NCBI RefSeq assembly: GCF_963921235.1
Contig: NC_086108.1
Coordinates: 30,010,001 to 30,074,000 of the forward strand
DNA from: Mobula hypostoma
Lineage: Eukaryota
DNA: 64,000 nucleotides
Direction: 5' to 3'
Part shown: in pieces, positions 25,163-35,269 of the stretch
Numbering within the stretch: the first letter of the stretch is position 1
Layout of the letters: each line of letters begins with the position of its first letter
Position numbers and translations under genes: made by a program
Notes under the pieces: model-generated
Databases searched by the model: none
The model's input: the letters and a program-made list of their open reading frames with translations, nothing else
Told to the model about the DNA's origin: nothing

Positions 25163-27946
25163 ATGGAGGTTGAGGAATTTATAAAGGCGCCGACCTTGGA
25201 GGCATTAGAGGATGCCAGGAAATCGGAATTGATAGCTGTGGCCAAACGGTTGAATCTTGCTAAGGTGAAGCCGACAATGAGGAGAGCAGAGATACACAGA
25301 GCTATTGTAGAGCACTATGTATCTAAAGGTGTGTTTCCCCAAGGTGAGCTGGGGGTGGTGTCTATTGAAAAACCTGCTGGAGACGCGGTACAGGTACAGC
25401 TTGAAAAACTGAGACTCGAGCACGAGTTCCGGGTACGGCAGTTAGAACACGAAGAGAAAGAGAGGGACAGACAGTTGAAGAGAGAGGAGAAACAGAGGGA
25501 AAGGGAATTCGAATTGGAGAAGTTAAGGTTAAGGGCAGAGCAGGGGCTTGTGCCGAACCAAGGTGGAGGGTTCCAGGCAACCCAGGAGGTTAGGCTGGTT
25601 CCCCCATTTGACGATACCGACGTGGATCGGTACTTTCTCCACTTCGAAAAAGTGGCTATAAGTCAGGACTGGCCGAGGGATAAGTGGGTTGTTTTACTTC
25701 AGAGTGTACTGAAAGGGAAGGCCCAAGAGGCTTACTCAGCTTTGTCCGCGGAAGATGCCCAGAGGTATGAGGTGGTGAAAGAGGCCATCCTCAGGATTTA
25801 TGAGTTGGTCCCGGAGGCATACCGGCAGAGGTTCCGGAATGCGAGGAAGCAGTGGGACCGCACGTATTTGGAGTTTGCTCGTGAGATGCAAACCTATTGT
25901 GAGCGTTGGTGCGCCTCGAAGCGGGTAGAGGGGGATTATGACAGACTGCTACAACTGATCCTGATTGAGCAGTTTAAAGGTTGTTTCCCTGAGGGTATGA
26001 GACCCTACCTCGATGAAAAAGAGGCAGCCACGTTTGCCGCAACTGCTAAGTTAGCGGATGAGTATGCGTTGACGCATAAAATGAAGTTTGCCCCGAGTAA
26101 AGGCTACCAGAAGGGTAGTCAGGACGGCGGGGAGAGTCCGCCGGAAAAGTCAGAAAGTAAGCCGGGGACTAGTGAAAAGGATAAGGTAGACCGGGAGCAG
26201 TCTGGTAGGAAGTCTCCTGGGGTCGTCTGTTATAATTGTGGGAAAGCCGGACACTTTGCGTCCAGGTGCTTTGCCCCAAGGAAGGAGACGGGGAAAGGAA
26301 AAGCGGAAATTTGGAATGGCTGTATCGAGCTGTTAAACGAACCGCTAGGGAAGGACAGGTCTGAAAAAGTCCAGGAAGGGCGCGAGAGGTTTATCTCGGC
26401 CGGACTGGTGTCAGTGAAGGAGAGGTTAAAACCAGTTCCAGTGCGGATCTGGAGAGACACGGGAGCGTGTCAGTCATTGATATTGAAGAGTGTATTAGAG
26501 TTTAGCTCAGAGACCCAGACTGGGGAGGTAGAGGTCAAAGGTGTTGGGAAAGGGACAGAGTCAGTCCCTTTGCACCAGATACATTTACAGAGTAACCTGG
26601 TCTCTGGACTAGTCACGATCGGGGTGAGGTCCGAATTACCGATGAAAGACGTGGAAGTCTTGCTCGGTAATGACATCGCCGGGGGAATCGTGTTCCCAGT
26701 CGTGAGATTGACGGGTCAGCCTGCCAGCATGGAGGCCCCGCCCGCGATGGTAAATTTAGCTGAAACATTTCTGCCAACCTTGTATGAGACAGGGTGTAGT
26801 GAGATAAGAGGTAGTGAGGGAGCTGGGACGGACGTAGCAGTAGCCAGGAAAGAATTTGTGCAGACGCAGGAGCGAGACGAGGGGCTGATGGTTTTTGCCG
26901 AGACCGCTCTCTCTGACACAGCCTTGACAAGCTACTGTGCGGAGGAGGAAGTGCTAAGGAAGAAAGGGAAATCAAGGACAGTATCCGCAGATGAGGAGTG
27001 GGGGGTGGTGCAAAAGAGTTATGGGGATGAGGTTTTTAACATGGCCCACGAGGTACCCCCCGGTGGACATTTTGCGGTGCTGGAGGAAACAGTTGGTGGA
27101 ATCATGAAAGAGATTTACCGGCTGCCCAGGGGGAAAAATGTTATTGATCATGACCGACGCGGACTGAGACGGTCACCGGCTTTTGATATGCTAACAAACC
27201 TAGTCGGTGTTAGCGTGGAAATCAATGAAGCTAGGGGCCCCCTGATAAGAGGAAAAAGCCATTTTGAAAAGATTAGGATGGGATCGGTCAGATGGGAGAA
27301 GGCTATTGTTTTGGCCAGGTCTACTGATAAGGTCTCTCCCTTAATCCCCGAACAAAGCGAATCTTTAGAAGGAGTAATTAAACGACTCGCACTCATGTGT
27401 TTGATTGTCCCGAGGAAATACAAAGAACTGGGACGTTGGGTGATTGTGGTTACAATAGGGCAGCCAAGTAAACAACACCCATATTTTTTGAGTAATGCAG
27501 TGACTAAAGGGCTGATGAACACAGAGGTGTGTATTGGCAATTTAATACGGCTGTCTGAAGCCAGTTTGATAGTGAACCTTGAAAAAAATGAATTCGGCCA
27601 CACGAGGGTCACTTACCTGGGAATTGTGGTGACACAGGAGCAGCTGGCAGCAATGCAAGCTACAGTGCAGACTATCGCTGACCTCCCAACCCCGACAGAC
27701 AAGAGGGCCCTCAGAAGGCTCTTGGAGATGGTGGGGTACTGCAGGAAGTTTTGCAATAACTCTGCGGTCAATACCCGTCCCCCTCCTACTAAGCCCTTGC
27801 GAGAGAAAACTGAGTCGGAATGGGACGACCCTTGTTATTGTGGTCCGGGAAAAAGCCAAATGAGAGGTTACATTGATCGCAATTCATCAGTGTTTTTGGC
27901 CACTATGAAGTTTGCTGAGTTGGAGCCTGGTCTAAGGGATTATTAA
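25163..27946 (+). CDS. gag-pol: 927-aa Gag (SCAN-like capsid, CCHC knuckle)-protease polyprotein fused to degenerate IN/RT/RNase H remnants
   Basis: 'YFLHFEKVA..W', 'YRQRFR...LILIEQF' capsid; CYNCGKAGHFASRC at 26228-26269; RDTGA at 26453-26467 and 'VLLGND'; IN 'AHEVPPGGHF' at ~27044-27073; RT 'KQHPY', 'EVCIGN' in place of YxDD, 'VTYLG', 'LRRLLEMVGYCRKF'. Confidence 0.9.
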   Translation: MEVEEFIKAPTLEALEDARKSELIAVAKRLNLAKVKPTMRRAEIHRAIVEHYVSKGVFPQGELGVVSIEKPAGDAVQVQLEKLRLEHEFRVRQLEHEEKERDRQLKREEKQREREFELEKLRLRAEQGLVPNQGGGFQATQEVRLVPPFDDTDVDRYFLHFEKVAISQDWPRDKWVVLLQSVLKGKAQEAYSALSAEDAQRYEVVKEAILRIYELVPEAYRQRFRNARKQWDRTYLEFAREMQTYCERWCASKRVEGDYDRLLQLILIEQFKGCFPEGMRPYLDEKEAATFAATAKLADEYALTHKMKFAPSKGYQKGSQDGGESPPEKSESKPGTSEKDKVDREQSGRKSPGVVCYNCGKAGHFASRCFAPRKETGKGKAEIWNGCIELLNEPLGKDRSEKVQEGRERFISAGLVSVKERLKPVPVRIWRDTGACQSLILKSVLEFSSETQTGEVEVKGVGKGTESVPLHQIHLQSNLVSGLVTIGVRSELPMKDVEVLLGNDIAGGIVFPVVRLTGQPASMEAPPAMVNLAETFLPTLYETGCSEIRGSEGAGTDVAVARKEFVQTQERDEGLMVFAETALSDTALTSYCAEEEVLRKKGKSRTVSADEEWGVVQKSYGDEVFNMAHEVPPGGHFAVLEETVGGIMKEIYRLPRGKNVIDHDRRGLRRSPAFDMLTNLVGVSVEINEARGPLIRGKSHFEKIRMGSVRWEKAIVLARSTDKVSPLIPEQSESLEGVIKRLALMCLIVPRKYKELGRWVIVVTIGQPSKQHPYFLSNAVTKGLMNTEVCIGNLIRLSEASLIVNLEKNEFGHTRVTYLGIVVTQEQLAAMQATVQTIADLPTPTDKRALRRLLEMVGYCRKFCNNSAVNTRPPPTKPLREKTESEWDDPCYCGPGKSQMRGYIDRNSSVFLATMKFAELEPGLRDY

Positions 27947-28107
27947 TAACACGTGTAAAAGGAACAGAAAATGTGATGACTGTCTGTCAAGGTGTTGACA
28001 GCTTCAAACTCGCTGTGTTTGCCAAATAGCTGATAAAGATGTATATTTGTGTATGTATCAAATAATGTATTCATGTTTGTAATTTTTACCTCCCGGTAAA
28101 AATCCTT

Positions 28108-28120
28108 AAAAGGGGGGAAG
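28108..28120 (+). promoter_or_regulatory. Polypurine tract
   Basis: AAAAGGGGGGAAG directly abutting the 3' LTR. Confidence 0.9.
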
Positions 28121-28988
28121 TGTGACGAGAATACACATAAAATTAAGATGTTTGCTGGCCTGGGTTAGCATCAGTGACATCAGCAAGTGGTCTGCCACCT
28201 GCCCTCAGGGGAAGGAGAGATAAGGAACAATGGAGCAGCGTCTGGAGATGTGTAATGAAGGGACGTGGGAGAGAGAGAGCTGTCTGGAGCGGCTCCCCCC
28301 CCCCTTTGAACCCTGAACTGTTTGAAGTGATGGACAGGCGATACCCCAGCAGGGGGATAAAAAGGGACAGGTTCGCTAAGACAGACACACACGCCACCCG
28401 AGGTAACGAGACCCTGGAAGCGGTGCGCCTCTCACGAGTGGGTGAGAAGTATCAGACAACGACCAGGGTGGAAAGGTACGATCAGCAGGAACCCGGTGTG
28501 TGTCCACCCTCGCTTGGGTGCCGGGTTCACTGCAGAGGATCGACCGCATCTGGAGGAGGGGTCACAGTCGGTGACCTCAGGTGACATCACCAAGGACCCG
28601 CCCAAAATCTGCTTGTGAGCCATCTCGCCGGTCTGTGAGTGAAGCTGTGCTGAATGATCAGTTGTTCCTGTTCTCTCTGTCTCTCTTCCCCCACCTTGTC
28701 CATCGCCATGGCAACGATTACTGCGAACTGAACTACAAACTGGACTGAACTTTGAGTCATTTTGAAATTTGGTCATTTACCCCTAGACAACGATAGAGCT
28801 TGATTGATGCTGTTATCTTAATTCTGTGCACATGTGTGTTTATCATTGCTGAACTGTTGCATTTATTATCCTTTCGATTACTGTGTTGCTTGTTTCTTTA
28901 ATAAAACTTCCTTAGTTCTAGTACTCCAGACTCCAACCGAGTGATCCATTTCTGCTGGTTTGGCAACCCAGTTACGGGGTACGTAACA
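28121..28988 (+). repeat. 3' LTR (868 bp)
   Basis: Near-identical to the 5' LTR (about a dozen substitutions and several small indels by eye); AATAAA at 28900. Confidence 0.96.
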
Positions 28989-29339
28989 CAGGCTAGAGGC
29001 AGGAAACATGTTCCCAATGTTGGGGGAGTCCACAACCAGAGGCCACAGTTTAAGAATAAGGGGTAGACAATCTAGAACGGAGTTGAGGAAAAACTTCTTC
29101 ACCCAGAGAGTTGTGGATCTGTGGATTGCTCTTCCTCAGAAGGCAGTGGAGACCAATTCTCTGGATTCTTTCAAGAAAGAGTTAGATAGAGCTCTTAAAG
29201 ATAGCGGAGTGAAGGGATATGGGGAGAAGGCAGGAAAAGGGTACTGATTGTGGATGATCAGCCATGATCACAGTGAATGGTGGTGCTGGCTCGAAGGGCT
29301 GAATGGCCTACTCCTGCACCTATTGTCTATTGTCTATTG
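28989..29339 (+). mobile_element. CR1 LINE 3' end, continuation of 21470-24204
   Basis: Removing the LTR element and one CAGG restores 'YKIIKGLDRLEAGNMFPMLGESTTRGHSL'; (CTATTGT)n tail. Confidence 0.95.
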
Positions 29340-29389
29340 CTTTGTTTCTCTTTCACTCTCATCGAACTTTCCGATCCAAGATCTCTTCC

Positions 29390-29725
29390 AGAGGGCAGCA
29401 GAATAATGAAGCTGGGAGAACTACAGCCTCAAAGCCCCTGTGACCCTGGTACAATCGTGACATCGCATGCAGTCTTTGTGGGGTTTGCATGTTATCCCTG
29501 TGATTACATGGGTTTCCTTCACATTCCAGAGAGGGATGAGTTGGGTGTGCTAAGTGGCCACTGTAAATTGCCGCTAGAGAATGAGAAAGTGGTAGAGTCT
29601 TGGGGAAGGGGTTGACAGGAATGTGTGAAAATAAAATGGGTTAGGGTAGGATGAGTGCAAATGGGTGTTTGATGGTTGTCATGTACTGGGTAGAGTAAGG
29701 AGCTTATTTCACTGCTGTATGACTC
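29390..29725 (+). mobile_element. Decayed HE1-like SINE
   Basis: 'ggccactgtaaattgcc' block and CR1-like tail. Confidence 0.5.
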
Positions 29726-29874
29726 TAATACACTTCAGCAGCTCTGCATTTGACGTAAAGTACCAGAGGATGTCCTAAGATTTTACAAGAACCCCACAAA
29801 TGCAAAGCTACTTTTTTCTTATTCATTATTAATTCTCAAATTCCTTAAAACTTCTTTAGCCTTCATTTTTTTTA

Positions 29875-30235
29875 ATTCAGATACAGCACAGAATTGGCCC
29901 TTCCATCCCTTCAAGTTACGCTGCCCAGCAATCTGCCGATATAATCCTAGCCCAGTCACAGGATTTCCAGTGACCAACCTGTTTGTGTTTGGTCTGTGGG
30001 AGGAAACCAGAGGGAGGATTCCATCCCTTCAAGCTATACCACCCAGCAATCTGCTGATATAATCCTAACCTAATCACAGGATTACCAGTAACCAACTGTG
30101 GGAGGAAACCAGAGCATTCGGAGGAAATCCACACACTCACAGGGAGGACATACAAACTCCTTACAGGCAGCGTCAGGAATTGAACCCTGGTCACCTGTAC
30201 TATTAAGCATTGTGTTAACCACTACACTACCATGT
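29875..30235 (-). mobile_element. HE1-like SINE with an internal ~115-bp tandem duplication
   Basis: Head at 30170-30235; 29901-30010 repeated at 30019-30112. Confidence 0.72.
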
Positions 30236-30904
30236 TGCTCCTCTCTTGTGTCTTTAGTCTTCTCGAGATATAAGCTACAGAACATGAGTTTGCTCTGTGT
30301 CTCAGAGATATTCTATTTATTCTTTGAGCATTTATCTAATTTGATTTCAAGTAGGAAACAGTTTTTATTGGTTAATTTGAATTTCAGAGTAATAGTTTCC
30401 ATTTCTGAAGGCAGTCTGTTTTAAAAGAAAAAGAAAATAAATCATGATGTTGTCTTAAGGAAAATTTGGTTCTGACCAAAAATAAAAGCCAGTAGGATAT
30501 TGGTATCATTTTCAGATTTACTCAAATGTCCGTCTCATTACAACAAATTATCCTTCCTCCTCATTAAAATGAATCATTTCAGAACATCTGGTTTCCATTC
30601 AACCAAAAATGGATACTGAGTACTTTTCCTTTTGATGTCATTGAGACAGAAAATGAAGAAGTAGAGTGAAATTTTAACAGATTAGCATTATTTTTTGCAG
30701 GATAGGGAGTTAAATCATGTGGTATCTCTTTGGTAAAAGCCCTGTGGTAAATCCAGAAAGGTTAATATCCTCTGGAAGAGACAAGCATACCGTGTGGTCA
30801 GTTTGCAGTCTCGTGACAGGATTTTCATCCTTATCATCTCTCTCCCCCTCTCTTTTGTTTCTGAGGTCTTTTTAACATCAGCAGCCAGAGTTGAGGTTAT
30901 GGAT

Positions 30905-31225
30905 GGGGTTAGTGTTCCACTAGTGTAGCTAATAAAATCGCTGCTTCAGCATTTGGAGACCAAGATCCCGACCTAGGGTACTGTTTTTGAAGAGTTTGCA
31001 TGCTTTCCCTCTGACCTAGGTGCTCTGGTTTCCTCTTGCATTCAAAACGTGTGAGTGTTGGTGGGTTAGTTGGCCACTGTAAGTAGCCCATTAGTGTGTA
31101 GATGAGTGCTAACATCTGGGGAAATTATAGGAATAATGATACAAGATTAATGTGGGATTAGTGTAAGTACATGGTTGATGTTTGGTTTTGTTTTGATGCT
31201 GATCTGTATTCCTCTATGGCTCTTG
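30905..31225 (+). mobile_element. Decayed HE1-like SINE
   Basis: 'ggtgctctggtttcctc', 'ttggccactgtaagtagccc'. Confidence 0.55.
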
Positions 31226-31436
31226 TCTCATTACAATCCATCCAGTTCATTGCTGCACAGACAGCTACCAGTTCCTCACATTTACCCCTGAAGGTATCGT
31301 GGTGCCAACAATAGAGTTGAAAGAAAGGCCTTGCCTTAAAACATCCTGAAGCATTTCACTGCCAATTAATTCTAATGAGCTGTGGCCACTGTTGCAGTGA
31401 AGAAATAGGCAACAGCCGTGTGCAAGGAAACCACCA

Positions 31437-31618
31437 GCACATACAAAATGCTGGAGGACCTCAGCAGGTCAGGCAGCGTCCATGGAAATGAACAACATTT
31501 GACGTTTCAGGCCGAGACCCTTCTTCAGACCTGAAACGGAAGTGGGGGAGAGGGAGGTGCTGGAATAAAAAGGGTGGGGAAGGGGAAGAAGGATAGCCAG
31601 AAGGTGATAGGTGAAGCA
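31437..31618 (-). mobile_element. Penelope-type tail with hammerhead core (CTGAAGA...GAAACGTC) and decayed helix I
   Basis: Reverse complement of 31500-31533: caggtctgaagaagggtctcggcctgaaacgtca. Confidence 0.7.
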
Positions 31619-32629
31619 TGTTTCACCATCAATTTTTTTTATCAGGACTGGACTTTCTTGTGATATTGACTAAGGGATAAATGTTGACCGGGGGTATGGG
31701 GCTCGTGGAGGAAAACAGTTCTTAAGTGATAACTTCTACCTTGATCTTACTGAATGGAGGACCAGATATGAGGGTGAAATACTTTCGTCTTTAAAAATTA
31801 CATTTGGGACCTTGGATTTGTACATTCTGTTACACAGACAAATATCGGAAGTGCTTTGAATAAGAGGTTAGAATAAGGCTGAAGCGAATCCTAGCTGGGA
31901 GTTTCTGTCTTCTGTGAACCTTTGCCAGTCAGCTGAAATAGGATATCCTGAATTTTGACCGTAAATTTTGATGTCACAATAATTTGTGAATGGTTTTGAA
32001 AACCCACAAGTTTTAGTTGCTCTACGTAACTTTTGAATGGGTACTCAATAAACAATCATATCAACTTGCTTTTAAGGACGGATATAGCATGCTAATGAAA
32101 CAAAATATTAAACACTAAGCCATGTGAACTAACAAAGGTAGGAGATTCTACAGATGCTGGAAATACAGAGCAACACAAAACGTTGAAGGAACTCGGCAGA
32201 TCTGGCAGCTTCCATGGAGGGGAATAAACTGTTGATATTTCTGGCTGAGACTCCATCAGGATTTGTGTGTATTGCCATGTGAAATAATGAGTCATGTTAT
32301 ATTAGATCCAGACCACATGTAGAAGTCACTTCTCAATAGATGTCTGTGTTTGTATTTATCCACTACAACTGCATGGTTCTCTGAGTCAACCCTGGTGAGC
32401 CGGTGAGTGGAGATGAGGCTGCAAAGGGTGGAAATGATCACTACAGACGGTCCTAATGGCCGCTCGACAGCTCGATTCCAGAGCCCTTTCCCTGTCTTAA
32501 ACAAATGACCAAAGCCATTTAGAAAGCTGATATAAATATTAATAAAAGTTTAAATAGTTAAAAATAAATTCACTTAAAAGTACATTCAACTATGTGGGTT
32601 AGTTATTACATTAATAATAATAAATGTAA

Positions 32630-33408
32630 GTTAGTTGAGTGGTGTCACAATAACAACCTTGCACTCAACATTATCAAGACCAAATAGCTGACATGTGGAC
32701 TTCAGGAAGGGTAAGACGAGGGAACACAAACCAATCCTTACAGTAGAGAGAGTGAGCTATTTCAAGTTCCTTGGTGTCAATATCTTTGAGGACCTAACCT
32801 GGATGCAACATATTGATGCAGCTATAAAGGAGGCAAGACAGCGCTATATTCCATTAAGAGTTTGAGGAGCTTTGGTTTGTCAACCAAATCTCTCAAAAAT
32901 TTCTACCAATGTACCATGGAGAGCATTCTGGCTGGCTGCAGCACTGTCTGGTATGAGTGGGCTACTGCACAAGGTGGAAGTAAGTCACAGAAACTTGTGA
33001 GGTTAGTCAGCTCCATCATGGATTCTAGCCTCCGTAGTATCCAAGACATCTTCGAGGACCGGTGCCATTGGAAGGTGGTGTTGGTCACTTAGGATCCCCA
33101 CAACTCAGGACATGCCCCCTTCTCATTGCTGCTATCAGGAAGGAGGTACAGAAGTCTGAAGGCACACACTGAGTGATTCAGGAACAGCTTCTTCTCCTCT
33201 GCCATCCAATTTCTAAATGGACATTGAACCCATGAACACTACCTCACTACTTTATTTCTTTTTTTTCCACTACTTAGTTTAACTTAACTATTTAATAGAC
33301 ATATGATAAATACATGTATATATATGTGTATTTCATTGTACTGCTGCTATAAATTTTAAAAAATTCCCAACATATGCCGGTGATATTAAACGTGATTTTG
33401 ATTCTGAT
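32630..33408 (+). mobile_element. Rex1/Babar-like LINE 3' fragment
   Basis: 'WCHNNNLALNIIKTK', 'FKFLGV', 'FYQCTMESIL', 'LLLSGRRY'; (GATTCT)n tail. Confidence 0.8.
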
Positions 33409-34081
33409 TGTAGATTATTTAAAAGAGCAATTTAAAAAGCTGGGCAATTTGCTTTTTTTTAATGAATGCCTCCAGCTACTTTCAAATGAGTGGGGCCTGC
33501 ACTAGATGTACCAGTCAAAGCCAGTTTAAAGCTGAGGAGCAAGGTATAATGTGCGTTTGACCCCTGGTCTCGACAATCAGTATTTGGATAAAAATGCAAT
33601 AAACATTTTGTCTCAATTTTGAACTATCAACCCCATTTTAAGGAGAATAATAATCACTCTGAATTCGAAAACAATCAATAAATATATCCAACCACTGATT
33701 CTGCTGATCACCAAAGAAGTTCCGACCAGTTATTGGAATATGTAAACTCTCAGTTATAGAAGTTTTTCTGAGTATTTCCCATTTATGAATAAACCTGTAC
33801 AAATAAGCAACACACACAAAATGTTGGAGGCCAGGCAGCACCTAGGAAAAGAGTTGACATTTCAGGCTGAGATCCTTCATTGGGACTGGATAAATAAGCC
33901 AGCTGACAAATGAAATTGCCAATTTGGAAATACTTGTAGCGCAAATTTAAAGGACTTGTGTAAAATGCTGCTGAAAAAGTGGGACTTGGTGCTGCTGGTT
34001 TTCCTTTCTACTTGTCACTTTGCCCTCTGTTTTTCTTTAGTTTCTAACTCAGAAAAATGATCTTTTAGTAACATTTAGAAT

Positions 34082-34628
34082 ATACTCAAAGACCATATTA
34101 TTAAGTACATTTTGTGCCTAAAAAAGTGACCACAGAGTGTATGTTGGTGGTCTTCTGCTGCTGTAGCCCATCCACTTCAAGGTTTGATGTGCTGTACATT
34201 CAGAGATCTTTCTGGAAACCCCGGTTATTTGAGTTACTGTCAGCTTGAACCAGTCTGGCCATTCATCCCTGACTTCTCTCATTAACAAGGCCTCCGCCTA
34301 GAGAACTGCTGCTCACTGGATGTTTTTTTTTTGTTATTTGCACAATTCTCTGTAAACTCTAGAGACTGTTGTGTATGAAAGTCCTAGGAGATCAGCAGTG
34401 CCTGAGATACTCAAACCACCCTGTCTGGCACCACCAATCATTCTATGGTCAAAGTCACTTAGATCACATTTCTTCCCCATTCTGATGTTTGGTCTGAACA
34501 ATAACTGAGCCTCTTGACCATGTCTGAATATTAGAATGTATTGAGTTGCCACCTCCTAATTGTCTAATTAAATATCCGTATTAACGAGCAGCTATACAGC
34601 TGTATCTAATAAATCACCACTGAGTGTA
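34082..34628 (-). mobile_element. Internally deleted Tc1-like transposon
   Basis: N-terminal HTH 'MGKKCDLSDFDHRMIGGARQGGLSISGTADLLGLSYTTVSRVYRE'; degenerate CACTCA-type TIRs with TA flanks. Confidence 0.75.
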
Positions 34629-35269
34629 TATCCAAATTATACATTTATTTTAAATTTTACTTTTACATTTTATTTTGTTGAGATAGAGCGGTGAATAGAC
34701 CCGCCTGGCCCTTTGAGATGTGCCACCCAGCAACTCCCAATTTAATCCTAGGACAACTTGCAATGACCAATTAACCACTAATGGACTATGGGAGGAAACT
34801 AGAGCACCCAGAGAAAATTCACACATTGCAAAACACAGCCAATTTCTAGCTCCAGATATGTAACATTCTGAAAGTGCTCCTTGTGATTGGTTACTATGTG
34901 TTCACATATTGTTTGCACTAGAGTTAATGCTTTTTAGATCACCAAAGCCAGAACGATTGACCAACTATGCTGGTGAGCTTACACTCATTGTGTCAGTTCA
35001 AGATGGCCTCCACTGCAACTATGTGGCTTAGATATAACAGGGTGCATTGCTAGTCTACATCAGGAAAGCCAATGTTTACCATGTATCTGCAAGCACTCCT
35101 TCCATGTAAAGGAAGATCATGTGCTTGGCAATAGAGAGTTGTAGGCATCTGTGGAAGCAGTGCCTTTTACGATTCATCACTTTCTTTTTGTGCGCTACAG
35201 CCCAATGAGCCATCAGATTGCCTAGAGGGAGAGAGAGCTTAAACGAAGCAAACGGGGGCAGTCTGCAGA

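Larger units (their letters stand above)
24205..28988 (+). mobile_element. Gmr1-like Ty3/Gypsy LTR retrotransposon with both LTRs, non-autonomous (degenerate pol)
   Basis: Two ~860-bp TG..CA direct repeats; 4-bp TSD CAGG (24201-24204 and 28989-28992); PBS and PPT; Gag-PR-IN-RT-RH remnant order. Confidence 0.93.

Noticed and set aside
26230..27859. Antisense ORFs within gag-pol
   Set aside because: Shadow ORFs of a long coding frame, with no motifs
27947..28107. Possible env or extra gene before the 3' LTR
   Set aside because: Only ~160 bp with no ORF, so this is not an endogenous retrovirus with env
33638..33797. Minus-strand acceptor followed by a ~50-codon open frame
   Set aside because: No recognisable protein, and the acceptor context abuts a repeat tail
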